Assembly (NCBI GenBank): GCA_013265495.1
Contig: MU058844.1
Coordinates: 8,183,260 to 8,247,259, forward strand
From: Vicugna vicugna
Lineage: Eukaryota
DNA: 64,000 nucleotides
Direction: 5' to 3'
Below the pieces are notes generated by a model. It was not told the origin of the DNA. It saw only the letters and a program-made list of their open reading frames with translations, and did not search any database. The translations under genes were made by a program, and so were the position numbers. Below, one piece after another: positions 1 through 10,900 of this stretch (position 1 is the stretch's first letter; each line of letters begins with the position of its first letter).

Positions 1-163
1 GTACAGAATAAACAAAGTCCTACTGTATGGCACAGGGAACTATATTCAATAGCTTGTAATAATCTATAGTGAAAAAGAATTTATATATATATATAACTGA
101 ATCACTATGCTGTACACCAGAAACTAATACAACATTGTAAACCAATTATACTTATTTTTTTAA
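1..163 (+). mobile_element. L1 3' end (cetartiodactyl/camelid type), cut by the window edge
   Basis: Contains CACAGGGAACTATATTCAA...AACTGAATCACTATGCTGTACACCAGAAACTAA...CATTGTAAA, the same L1 3' UTR motif seen in other copies here. Confidence 0.9.
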
Positions 164-599
164 ATGAGGGGAAAATGGTGTGCATATATGTACCTACATT
201 CTGCATTTCTTCTTCCCCAGGGAAATAAAATAAATAGAAATGCCAAATACTGTCATTTGAATATTTATTTGATCCTGGTGGGCAAGCTGAAAAGGAACTG
301 AACTATAGGTATCAAGGAAAATCATAGCCCAAACTCCTAACTACTTGACTCCAGTAATTTTAATTTTACTTACTTGTGTGAGTAATTGAGCCATTTCTTC
401 TTTTCTTTAAAAAAAAAAAACCTGCTGTTGATGGAAATAATCAAGGGAACAGAATTTTCTGAATCCTTTATCATTTGTGAACCACTTAGGTTGCTGCTCT
501 CTGACACTGTTTAACTCAACTGCACAAAATAAAAGTCTCAACTTTCCTGGGCCTTCCCTCCCCTGTCCTGCCCCCAGAGCACTCTGTCCACATCCTATG

Positions 600-745
600 A
601 TGGTTGAATTGTCTTGTATCTGTTTCCTTTGCTGTCTCTCTCAGTAGACTGAATATGTCTCAAGGATAGGAACTGTATCATTCATCTCTGTAGTCCCAAA
701 AGTAGCATGAAACAGACCCTCAGTAAAGAGTTGTTGAGTTAATAC
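600..745 (+). mobile_element. L2 3' end fragment
   Basis: Degenerate match to the L2 terminus (ttcatctctgtagtccc...ctcagtaaagagttgttgagttaat). Confidence 0.5.
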
Positions 746-1240
746 TGTTTTAATTTCACAGAGCATAACTGATAACAACAATGTAAGACAAAAGCTTAAA
801 AAAAATGTGGAAAACCAAACATACAAAAGGGCCACCTTGCTTTGTTTACACTGGGTCCTTTCTCAAGTCATAGATCTGGTCAAACTGCTACATGCCTATG
901 TTTCTGAAGAATGCCAACTTCCAGTGTCTTCAAATGCTGGACTTCTCATAAAAACAAGTTCCATATAAAGACATTTCTGGAAAACAAAGCCTCATTGGAA
1001 TAACTTACTCTTTTTGAAAATTAAGACTTCAACTTTAAATTGGTATCATTTGATCAACAGGTATCAAAGGAGCCCTTGCTTTGTAAAAAGCTCTTTGACA
1101 TTCATGAAGAGGTGAGGCAGGGCAAAAGGCAAATATTTATTTAAGCACCTATTATGTCCCAGACAAAGATTGCCCTTTGTTATTAAAACCCAAATTTAAT
1201 CATCACTGCTTTATAAATTTCCCAGGGGTAAAGAACTCAC

Positions 1241-1334
1241 CTTCTTTAATTATAAACTTCAAGATTTGTCTTTCAGAAACATAGCTTCCAAGTAACAAAA
1301 ATAATACATCAAGACTTTTTCAAACAAGGAAATC
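1241..1334 (-). other. Candidate 94-nt non-coding internal exon
   Basis: Minus strand reads cctttttttccctaaaattttatag|GATTTCC...AAAGAAG|gtgagt. The donor is consensus, the acceptor is moderate, and there are stops in all three frames. Confidence 0.4.
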
Positions 1335-1639
1335 CTATAAAATTTTAGGGAAAAAAAGGTCAATATAAGCAGTTTTCACTTTTTTTTTTAACATTTATAA
1401 ACTCCTTAACTTCATATACTTTGATTTGGATCCCCTTCCTCTAGGCCAAAACCGTTTTCTGAAAGGTGGCCAACCTCCCTAATCCCACTAAAACTCTCTC
1501 CTCTACTATTCCATAAAACTGTATTCCTCTTTCTATTCTCAGAAGTTCATTTTCTCTTTTCTTCTGTTTCCACTTCCCACTTGAAACCAGAAAACTTTAA
1601 ACTGTATTGTTTTCTCCAAATTACCACCCAAAAGAATTC

Positions 1640-2470
1640 AACTGTCTTGTCTTATCTTGTCAATGTCCAATATTTGTTCCACCAAAAAAATCTCTTTCCT
1701 ATTTTCAATTGTTCTGCTCAGTGTATCCATCTGGAAGTCATGATGTCATGTGGGTCACTCAACTCAACATACCCAAATTTAACATCTTTTTAACTGTATT
1801 TCTTACATTTGCTAATGGTACCCAGTCTTCCCAGACACTCTGGACCAAAACATTGGGGCCATCTTTGATGCCCTCTGATATTCTAACCTGCATCAAGTCC
1901 TGTTGATAAAAAATACTTTTACAGTACTTCACACTTCTTGTCATTCTCCATACATTCCAGCTTCTATTAACATTCAGGCTCTCATGGCTACAAACCAGGA
2001 ATACTGCAGAAGCTCCTTAAAGGCTCTCCCCATCCATCACCAGACCCTCTTCTCTAAGTATCCTACTTGTCAGACTAGCCTTCCTACTGTAGAGCTTGCT
2101 TAAAGGGGTTGCTCCTTATCACAGGGTCTAAACCCCTTAGCTACCAATTCTATCCTTCCACAATCCATTCTCATTCTGCCTTTCCAACATTATCTCTAAA
2201 CTTTATCCATCAACCCAGGCAATTCACTTTTGTGTATGTCATGCCTTTTACTCAGAATTCCCTCCTTTTCATCCTATTTTCTTTGTCAAAATCAGTTTCA
2301 TCCTTCAAGGAGAAAAGCTTTAAAAGTTTCTTTGAATTCCCCAACTGGGAATCAGCCCTTCTCCTTCAAGTGCCTTCAGCCTACTGCCTTATGTTCCTTA
2401 TTACACGGGAAGCTGTCCTCATCCCCACCATGCACAGAGAGCCTTGCACATAAGAGATTTTTTTTAAATG
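1640..2470 (+). mobile_element. L2 remnant (ORF2 3' part to 3' end)
   Basis: Pyrimidine-rich segment with L2-like motifs (cactcaactcaacatacccaaa; aaaacattggggccatctttga; terminal gccttgcacataag). Confidence 0.55.
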
Positions 2471-3269
2471 ATGGTCAAATATTTTGAAAGCTGTCAAAAC
2501 CCTTGCCTCCTCTTTAAAAGGTTTAAAAATAAATACAGTTGATAAAAAAAATGAAATTTACAAAAAAATATAGCCTGGTACCCAGCACTTCCGTGAATAT
2601 GTCTTCTAAGCGTGCCAATGTGTGTTTCTCATTTAACCCCCTCTTTGTTGTTTAAAAATGATCTACAACCAACAGGGACAGCGCTAAGCCACACGCAAAC
2701 ACTTTCCATATTTCCCAGTAAATGCTAACAGGAAAAATGTGTTTGTGTAGGATTCGACTCTACCAATCCAAAGATCAACAAGGACAAACCCTGTTTTCTC
2801 CCTACCCCTGCAAAGAGCGCGGCCATGACATTTTTATGATTTCATCAATGAGAATAAATCATACATTTCCAAGTTCTCAAGTGTAGGAAGACTAAATCTA
2901 CTAAAATTTGGAGGGGGGCAGTTGTTAACTAGCATTGATTATTTTAGGAGCTTAAGTCAACTCTGACATTTGTACCTTTTCCCACTTTTCCTCTAATAAT
3001 CAACTTCAATGACAAAAATAGGAGCTCTGAAAACACAACAAATTAAATGACCTGAAAGAAAGAAGCCTGATGTCCAGCTGGGTGCCGAGTGCTGAGATCA
3101 AGTGCCCAGATGCACAGCCGAACCGAGCAGCAACCACGGCCAAGCCGGACTAGTAGGCGACACAGGTGAGCAGCCCTGGGAGGTGAAGAACCAGAAGTTT
3201 CCTCACAGTCTGGGAAATGCTGGCTTCCCAACCCCCTCCGGCTGCATGTCTTTGTCTGCCTTCTTAGTA

Positions 3270-3480
3270 ACACTCCTTTAGTGTGCTCACACTGCCGGCC
3301 AGGCGTTATAGTTAGAGTTTTAATTAAGAGTATTGCCTGGTTTAATCCGCAAACCATTTTTCAGGAGGAAGATACTGTCACTACCTTGGGTTTACAGAGG
3401 AAGAAATTAAGGCTAGAGAGGTTAACATCCTACCCAAGGTCACACACAGCTAGTAGCTGCCAGGGTTTGAAACCATGTTC
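3270..3480 (-). mobile_element. MIR SINE
   Basis: Reverse MIR core: tttacagaggaagaaattaaggctagagaggttaa...cccaaggtcacaca. Confidence 0.75.
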
Positions 3481-3487
3481 AATTCTT

Positions 3488-3682
3488 TTTTTTTTACTCT
3501 TTTAAACATTGTACTAAGTGTATTAGTTTACCATTTTTTAAAAAATTACTGTCAGTCACAATGTGCCAATTTCTGGTGTACAGCATAATGTTTCAGTCAC
3601 ACACATATATATACACATATACTCATTTTCAAATTCTTTTTCATGACAGGTTACTACAAGAAATTGAATATAGTTCCCTGTG
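3488..3682 (-). mobile_element. 5'-truncated L1 3' end with a degenerate 19-bp TSD
   Basis: Reverse L1 3' UTR (aatttctggtgtacagcataatg; gaatatagttccctgtg). TSD GAAACCATGTTCAATTCTT 3469-3487 versus GAAACCACACTAAATTCTT 3683-3701. Confidence 0.85.
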
Positions 3683-3968
3683 GAAACCACACTAAATTCT
3701 TCTCTGCTTCATATCTACAAACACTGATGATACTGGTTTTTATTCCCTTCTATGTATTTATAACTGATCATTATTATTTCACTACTTAGTCCTATGTGTG
3801 TCTCAACAAAGGCCAGAGGACTTGATTTGGCCTGGGACTCTCCACAGCAAAACAAGCCTGACTGCAGGCCCGTGCGCTGGGTAAAGCTTCGCCATGATGC
3901 TTCTCCCCCTGCTCCTCAGGGCCCCAACAGCCCAGTAAACAAGTCTAAGGGGTTCGCCAACAAGACCC

Positions 3969-4421
3969 TGCAGTGGGTTGAGCTGTGTGCTCCCACAAAA
4001 CATACGCTGGAGTTTGAGCCCTCAGTGCCTCAGAATGTGACCTGTCTGAAGGGAGGGTCTTTACAGAGGTCATCAAGTTCAAACAAGGTCATTAGGGTGG
4101 TCCTCGTCCAGTACGGGCGGTGTCCCTATGCAAAAGGAGAATCTGGACACACACACACACAAAATGCCATGAGAAGGTGAAGACAGAGATCAGAATGGTG
4201 TTTCCACAAGCCAAGGAAGGCCACACATTACCAGCAAATCCCCAGAAGCCAGGGGAGAGGCCTGGAACAGATCCTCTCCGGACAGTCCTCAGACGAAGCC
4301 AACACTGCTGACACCTTGAGTTCAGACTTCTAGCTCCAGAACTGGGAGACAATAAATATCTTTTTTTCTGTATCACCCAGCTTGTGGTACTGCGTAATGG
4401 CATCCCTAAGAAACGAATGCA
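3969..4421 (+). mobile_element. MaLR solo LTR (MLT1B/C-like)
   Basis: TG...CA termini. Motifs cagaatgtgacc, agggtctttacagaggt, caagccaaggaa, ctgctgacaccttg, ctccagaactg and AATAAA are typical of MLT1. Confidence 0.85.
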
Positions 4422-4588
4422 TCACCCCTTCCAAAAATTTAACAGACATGTGGCCACAGTAGCAAGTAACAGATCATATTTCTATTCCACCTCTGCATGG
4501 ATTCCCTAGGAAATGACTCTTAGTATATTAAGCTCACTTTTCACCTCTGGAAGCAGCAGGGCACAAGCTCTCTTCCTGCAGCAGGCAG

Positions 4589-4615
4589 ATTGGAAGCAAG
4601 AGGGTCACGTGACCC
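4589..4615. promoter_or_regulatory. Palindromic E-box (GTCACGTGAC, CLEAR/USF type) with an inverted CCAAT box
   Basis: GGGTCACGTGACCC at 4602-4615 is a perfect 14-bp palindrome. ATTGG is at 4589-4593. Motif evidence only. Confidence 0.45.
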
Positions 4616-4954
4616 CCGTCAAGGCAGCTTTGCACCATTAGTCTACACCCAGCTGATCTCTTATTTGTGGGACTGAATTCATTCTTCATCACTGAGTGTA
4701 TTTCTCATCAGTGTTGTCAAGAGTGTGATAAGTCTAGGTAAGTTTTACATTTATAGAAAGCTACTACAGATAATTTAATTCTCCGGTAATAATTCTCCCA
4801 AGGAAATATATAAGCTGGAATAGCAGCCAGACTGATGCACAGGCTGGCAGAAGGGAGTGACAGTAAGTTGCATAGGGGAGGAATGATATATTTTGCTGGA
4901 GTTACAAATGCAACATAGGCTTCTCTGAGTTCATCAACCAGAGATCATTGCTCT

Positions 4955-5251
4955 CTTTTTTTATTTTTTATTTTTTAATTGAAGTAGAGTCGATTTACAA
5001 TGTTGTGTTAATTTCTGGTATACAGCATAGTGATTCATTTATACATAAATATACATATATTCCTTCTCATTTTTTATTATAGGCCATTACAAGGTATTAA
5101 ATATAGTTTCCTGTGCTATATAGTAGGACCTTGTTGTTTATCAATTTTATATATAGTAGCTAGTAGCTACAAATTCCAAACTCCCAATTTATCCCTCCCA
5201 CCCTCTTTTCCCCCTGGTACTCAAGGGCATAGAAAACAAACTTATGGTTAA
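4955..5251 (-). mobile_element. L1 3' end with a short 5' inversion (twin priming)
   Basis: Perfect 16-bp TSD CAGAGATCATTGCTCT at 4939-4954 and 5252-5267, a poly-T tail, and an inverted segment at about 5220-5250. Confidence 0.9.
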
Positions 5252-6149
5252 CAGAGATCATTGCTCTTGAAAGCAAAAATTTTCCTGCAAACATCATCAC
5301 TGCCTGGATGTGTTTCTAAGGTATATTTTCCTTACCTCTAGCTGTCCATTAGTCACCATTTCTCTAAGGAGCAAACCTACCGCGTCCTAGCTCAGAAAGC
5401 AGATTGACTATGCAATTCACAGAAGTGGAAAATAAGAGGGACTGAGGCATGTTTTTACATCAGTTATTGACATGACTTTTTCTTTTTTTGTCTACCTAGA
5501 CCTTACTTCACACAGCACCCATTTTTATTATGGTACCTGAAGAAAAGAGTTAGTGATACCTAAAAGACCGCATGTCAGGATATCACACGGTCACTTCTCT
5601 GAGAAGCTCGGCTGGCCAATTCATTTTAACAACAAGGAGGCCTATTTCTGGGAAGTACACAGGGGTGATGGTCTCATTCACTACACTACAGAAGTATAAA
5701 GGCTGCCTTCGTGAGTAAAACAACAAAGGAGAGGACAGCCTCCACCCTTTTTATCAAAATTATAATCAGTAGCACATAACCTCGCAGGAGAACCCAGGTT
5801 TTATAAGAAATAGTATTTCATCAAATTATTTTCCAATGAGATAAATAAAAACTCCAGTCACTTGCAGAACATCCATAATGTTACCAAAAACTGGCAAACA
5901 ATATTGCAGAAAACAAGGTAGGAAAGACAATAAACAACATAACATATGAACAGTATAGTGTAAATAGTGAGTTTGAAAGGCAACCAAAAACAATGGTTTC
6001 AGATACTCTGTTTATATAAATCAAGGCATGAGCCAACATTCAACCTTTTATTACACAGATAAGCCTTAAATAATAATTTGTATTATTATAGCTTTTATTT
6101 TGATCTGATTATATCTAACTATATGATGATTTAAACAGAATTTCACAGA

Positions 6150-6300
6150 CTTATGGGGTGGGAACTATTAGATCCCCACTTTACAGGTAAGGAAACTGAG
6201 GCTTAGAGGGGTTGAGTGACCTGCCCAAGGTCATAACCAGTAGCTGACAAGTTACAGAACCTGCACTGACATCCCAGACGCCCAAGATAAGTTGGTCTGG
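6150..6300 (-). mobile_element. MIR SINE
   Basis: ccccactttacaggtaaggaaactgaggcttagaggggttgagtgacctgcccaaggtca is the reverse MIR core. Confidence 0.85.
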
Positions 6301-6408
6301 ATTTTTAGGCCACACGGCTTCTCAACAGAACTGGCCTGGAAAGAAAGGGGCTTGGGCAGAAGTTTCAGCCAAGGCTTAGCCAAAAAGCCTGTTCAGGAGG
6401 ATACTTAC

Positions 6409-6425
6409 AACCTCAGATAAGGCCT
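6409..6425 (-). other. Candidate 17-nt microexon
   Basis: Minus strand reads ttttgtttcctttag|AGGCCTTATCTGAGGTT|gtaagtat. Confidence 0.25.
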
Positions 6426-6708
6426 CTAAAGGAAACAAAACTGATCCTGGGTGGCTCTTCCGGACTTAACACAGCTTGGAGCGGCCGGGCACCCCCCCCC
6501 ACCCCAGAGGTAGCCACACCATCAACAGGTGGAGGAATCAGCCTGAGGTCAGCCAGGGAAACCCAACCACATGGCAGGAAGGGAGACCACAGGGCAGGAC
6601 TCGTCCCATGGCTTCAAAGCTGTGTTTCTATTTCTGGTAACAAAGTCTCTGACAATCTACTAGAATGCATATTCTTGGTTAACAAAGGTATATTAATGGG
6701 TGATTAAT

Positions 6709-6727
6709 GGGTGGGGAGGGCGGAGGG
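6709..6727 (+). other. G-quadruplex motif / GC-box-like
   Basis: GGG-T-GGGG-A-GGG-CGGA-GGG. Confidence 0.55.
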
Positions 6728-6904
6728 CAGTGATGACAAGAAAAGGTAAAAGACTAAATAAATTCAATGTACATCTACATGTCTACATCTGTTAGGCTGG
6801 AGGCTAAAGATGGTGCCAAGTGCTTTCTAACACACCATCTAATACGAGGAGAAATACGGGGAATTTTTTTCTCCTAGTGATATCTTTGTTCCAGGTACTA
6901 TGTT

Positions 6905-7025
6905 GGACAGTTAACAAACAAGAACATTGAGGTTCTCAGAGATTCATCATATTCATCAAGGTCACATGGCTACTAGAAAGCACAGGATCCAAGCCCAGGT
7001 CTGCTGGATTTCATTATACCACTGT
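6905..7025 (-). mobile_element. MIR fragment
   Basis: attgaggttctcagagatt...caaggtcacatggctactag...caggatccaagcccaggtctg. Confidence 0.6.
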
Positions 7026-8464
7026 GACACACACCAAGACACTGCAGTGATTACCCACGACATGAAATGGCTCTGGACGACTGGGGGATTTCAGTCATCC
7101 CCCGCACGCCCCATCCCTTTGGGTCCAACTCATGAAATGGCCCTATTTTACAAATAATTATTCAAATATACCACATTAACATGTTCCTATTAGAGAAAAA
7201 ATAAAGAATGAAAGCTAAGTCATGTGTTTAATACATAGTCATCATTAAACACAAATAGATTTGTCACTTTTCCCTCACAAAACTGTCTGCCTTATCAACT
7301 AAAATTCTTTGCCATCTTTTTTACTGCCTACCCTCCAGTGGTTGCATAGATTACAAATATCACTTCTTAAAATACTATTTTTAAGATATCTATAATTATG
7401 CCTAACTTCAGAAAGACACATTAAATTTAAGTTCTCTGTCACTTAGTATAACTTTATTAAATGTGCTATGCAGAATGTATTTTTTTCCCTAAACTAACCA
7501 CCCCAACAGAATTATTCTTAGACCAACTACTTAAATTGCTGGAATAGGGTAAAGTTATTTTTTAATTTTTTTTCACCAAAAGATAAAGGAGGCTATTGAG
7601 CATGTTAAAATATATGTAATGGACCAGAAATAATTGGTCATTACATGTCTTAGAATAAATTCCATTAGCTTTCCCTGAATTTTTATCACTAGTAAAACCA
7701 GAAGCCAAAGAGTTCAATTTACCACCAGCACCTTCAGCTGGTATCAGTCTATTACAAAGCTTCTTGTTTTTAAAATAGTAAATAAAATCATTCTTCAGCC
7801 TTGTTTCAAGATACCTTAGTAACCAGCTCTATTTAGTGACCATCATCCCTCTGTAGTGCTCAAATTCACCGAAATACTGGCAGAGAATCTGGCAAGGTCA
7901 CCTTGGCTACAAACACCCTCTCTTCTCAACAAACCACCCTCGCTGCTCTGTCTTATTAAAACCCAACAACTCAAGAGGCTCCTAGGAGGGAGGCCTCTAA
8001 AAGTTATTTCAGATCCACTCCCTGGGTGTCTTCTAGGTGGCTGGCACTGTTTTAAGTTTCTGGTGTACAGAACACACCTGATATTCTAATTCATCCTACT
8101 ACCTCTGAAAGGCCAAAATCACTGATAACACATAAACTTGTATCTGTTTTATTTTATCAGGCTCTCCAACTGTAAACTGGCAAAAACCAACACTGGTGTC
8201 GGACAACCCAATCTCAACTCCTCAGATGCAAACACTAGGCTGAAGACACGACCAGGGTATCAAGGTGTAGGTGAGTTCTCTAGAGTAGAGAGAATTTATG
8301 GAATGAACAGGCTGCCTTATCACATAATTTCCCCAACTTCTTCCAGCCCAAGAGATTGATGAATGAACTATTCCATGTTGCCTTACATTTCTTAGGATCT
8401 AGGCTCTTTTTCTTTATTTTTCCAAAAGATTTCTATGGGCATCACTGGTACCTTTTCTGAAATG

Positions 8465-8600
8465 CTCCCTACAAGGCAGAGACTGTTACCAGTAACTTTA
8501 TGATGGAGAAACAAACTCAGAGTAGTTAAGTAGCCTGTCTAAAGTCAACTAGTCAATAACTAAGGCAAGTCTGTCTGTCTTCTGGCTCTAATCTCTTAAA
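8465..8600 (-). mobile_element. MIR fragment
   Basis: tttatgatggagaaacaaactcagagtagttaagtagcctgtctaaagtca. Confidence 0.55.
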
Positions 8601-9550
8601 AAATATGTCAAGAGGTGGTTAAATTCACCTTCTCAAATATATTACAGTAACTGGAGTATCATTTTCAGATGTTTATAATAGAAGCCTTTATAAAAAGTAG
8701 GACTATACGTAACTCGTTGGACCGAACACAAACTAAAACTGGAGATGCTTTTATTTAAAACGTAAAACAGCTAAATGCACAGGAGGTACAGTCCTCCATT
8801 TGTCTGTGGAATCAACATCCTCTAGGTAAGCAAATGTCACTAACAATATAGCTCAATTTATTTCCCCCAACAGAAACCCTTTTTGTGTGTGAGTGGGGAG
8901 ACGTCGTGGAAGAGGGGAAACGTGCATCATTTATACCTTTCAAGAACAAAAGGGGAACAAAAGCTCAATGACAGGCAGTCAAAAGAGAGGGGACAAAGGC
9001 TAAAGGAAGGAGTCAGAAGGAAGGCGTGCGCCCCAGGAGTCAGCACTAGCTGAACAAATTGCAGGGCTGTGCCCGTCCCACACGCCGGCCGAGGGCAGAG
9101 AACAGCCCCAGGACCAAGTCACATGTGCCCTCTTCTCACGCATCAACAGACCCGGAGCAAATAAGTGAATAGCTGCAAGTGAGAGACTACGGCACCCTGG
9201 AGGCATCAAATTGTAAAGAAGGTTTTCTATCAGGAAGCTGAAAATCAAATACGTAAGGTTGACATTGTGGGTACAAAGCAGCTGATGCTGAAACACTTCC
9301 CTAGAGATCAAGGAAGCATAAAAGTTAAGTCATTTTCCCAAGTCCCATATACAGTAGATAAGCCTATTAAGAACATTGTAAGCTATGCTAATTGGTTCAG
9401 AGGTTATATATCTCTTTTGTTTGTTCCCACTGAGCCTTCACACACTGCAGTGAATTGGGGGGAAAGACAGTGTAATAAATCTATCTGAAACAAAACAGCA
9501 TTAGGGTTTGAAAGATGCTAATGAGCTGCAGTGTTCCAACTTGCAAACCT

Positions 9551-9570
9551 CCCATCCCTACCCCCACCCC
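9551..9570 (-). other. G-quadruplex motif on the minus strand
   Basis: + strand reads CCC-AT-CCC-TA-CCCCC-A-CCCC. Confidence 0.5.
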
Positions 9571-10719
9571 TACACGATATTACTGACTCCGAAGTCCTTT
9601 CATTTCTAACAGGCCCAGGAAGAAGGCGTGTAAAAAGTCAAATCCTCATGCTGTTAATTCCTTATTACAATGAATAGTTTTAAAGTGAAATCAAGTGTCA
9701 TTTAAGATGGTGACACTAATTTAGTCATTTAAAATGAAAGCATGTTCCTCTGCATTTAAAATATTAAGGAGAAATTGAATTTGTATCATTTCATTGGAAA
9801 ATACCATTAACATTAATTAAATAATGCTTTTTAGAAGTTATTATTTTCAAAGTGAATCTGTGCCTAAATGTAGAATTGGAGATCTGTTTTAATTAAAAAG
9901 AAAAAAAAAAAAGACTGAGTCACTTTATTATCCTGGGATAGAGGCTGAGGAGACATGTAAATGAAAGAACTACACAAGATAACAAGCCCTTTATCATATG
10001 TTAAATATTATTCTGGGAGCTTAAGAACCCAAGACCTAAAAGGTGAAAGAGAGGGGGAGGGGTTCCTAAAAAAGAAAATAATGTTTTATCCTTTGCATAC
10101 CAATATCAGGTTTGTGTAAATACCAGGTAGTGAGGACACATATATTCTTGAATAGGCTTCCCTCCTTAGGGCAGAAGCAAAACACACCAAAATGACTTGT
10201 TTGTTGGGCAGGATTTACAGAGTGCCCTCAGAGAGAAGCATCTATCTGGTCCTCTAATACAGCAGCCCAGAGGTGATGCCTTCCCCCAACCACTTCATTC
10301 GAGTGCTATAGATGAACTCATTTACCCAGATCTCCTGAACAGGGGCTAAGAGGCACTACTGCACTCCAGCAATTATTAATATTTGTTCTAAATTATCAAG
10401 AAAGAAGGAAGAAAGGCAGGGAGGGAAGAAAAAGAGGGAATGTATTCTAATACACTGTATCTGCTCCAGTAATTTAATTCTCCCCAGCTAAGTCAGCATC
10501 CCCTTCTTCGAAAAAGAATTCACAAGATGAAAATAAATGTTGCCAAATGACAATACCAAACCAAAGCTGAACCAACCACTGATGTTAGAGAAATTTCAAA
10601 TCTTGAGTCTGTCAAACAGGAAAAGGAAACTACAGCCAAAGAGAAAACCAACTCCTACCAGTTTGACCCATTCCTTCCACAACTATGACAAAACTCCAGG
10701 CTCTCCATCATAAAGCAAG

Positions 10720-10900
10720 GGAATCTGGCCCTGACAGCATGACCTTGGGTAATTCACTCATTTTTCCAAGCAGTTTCCTTCTCTGCAAAATGAAGGATAA
10801 TATCAATAACACTCGCCTTGCCTACTCCTCAGGTGAAATGTGAAAAGCAAATACAATACAACACAGAAAGCAAACTGATAGCATAATCTGTCACAAATGC
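10720..10900 (+). mobile_element. MIR SINE
   Basis: tgaccttgggtaattcact...cagtttccttctctgcaaaatgaaggataat. Confidence 0.7.

Noticed and set aside
2748..2765. GGATTCGACTC, resembling a tRNA T-loop or B-box
   Set aside because: No cloverleaf or A-box upstream.
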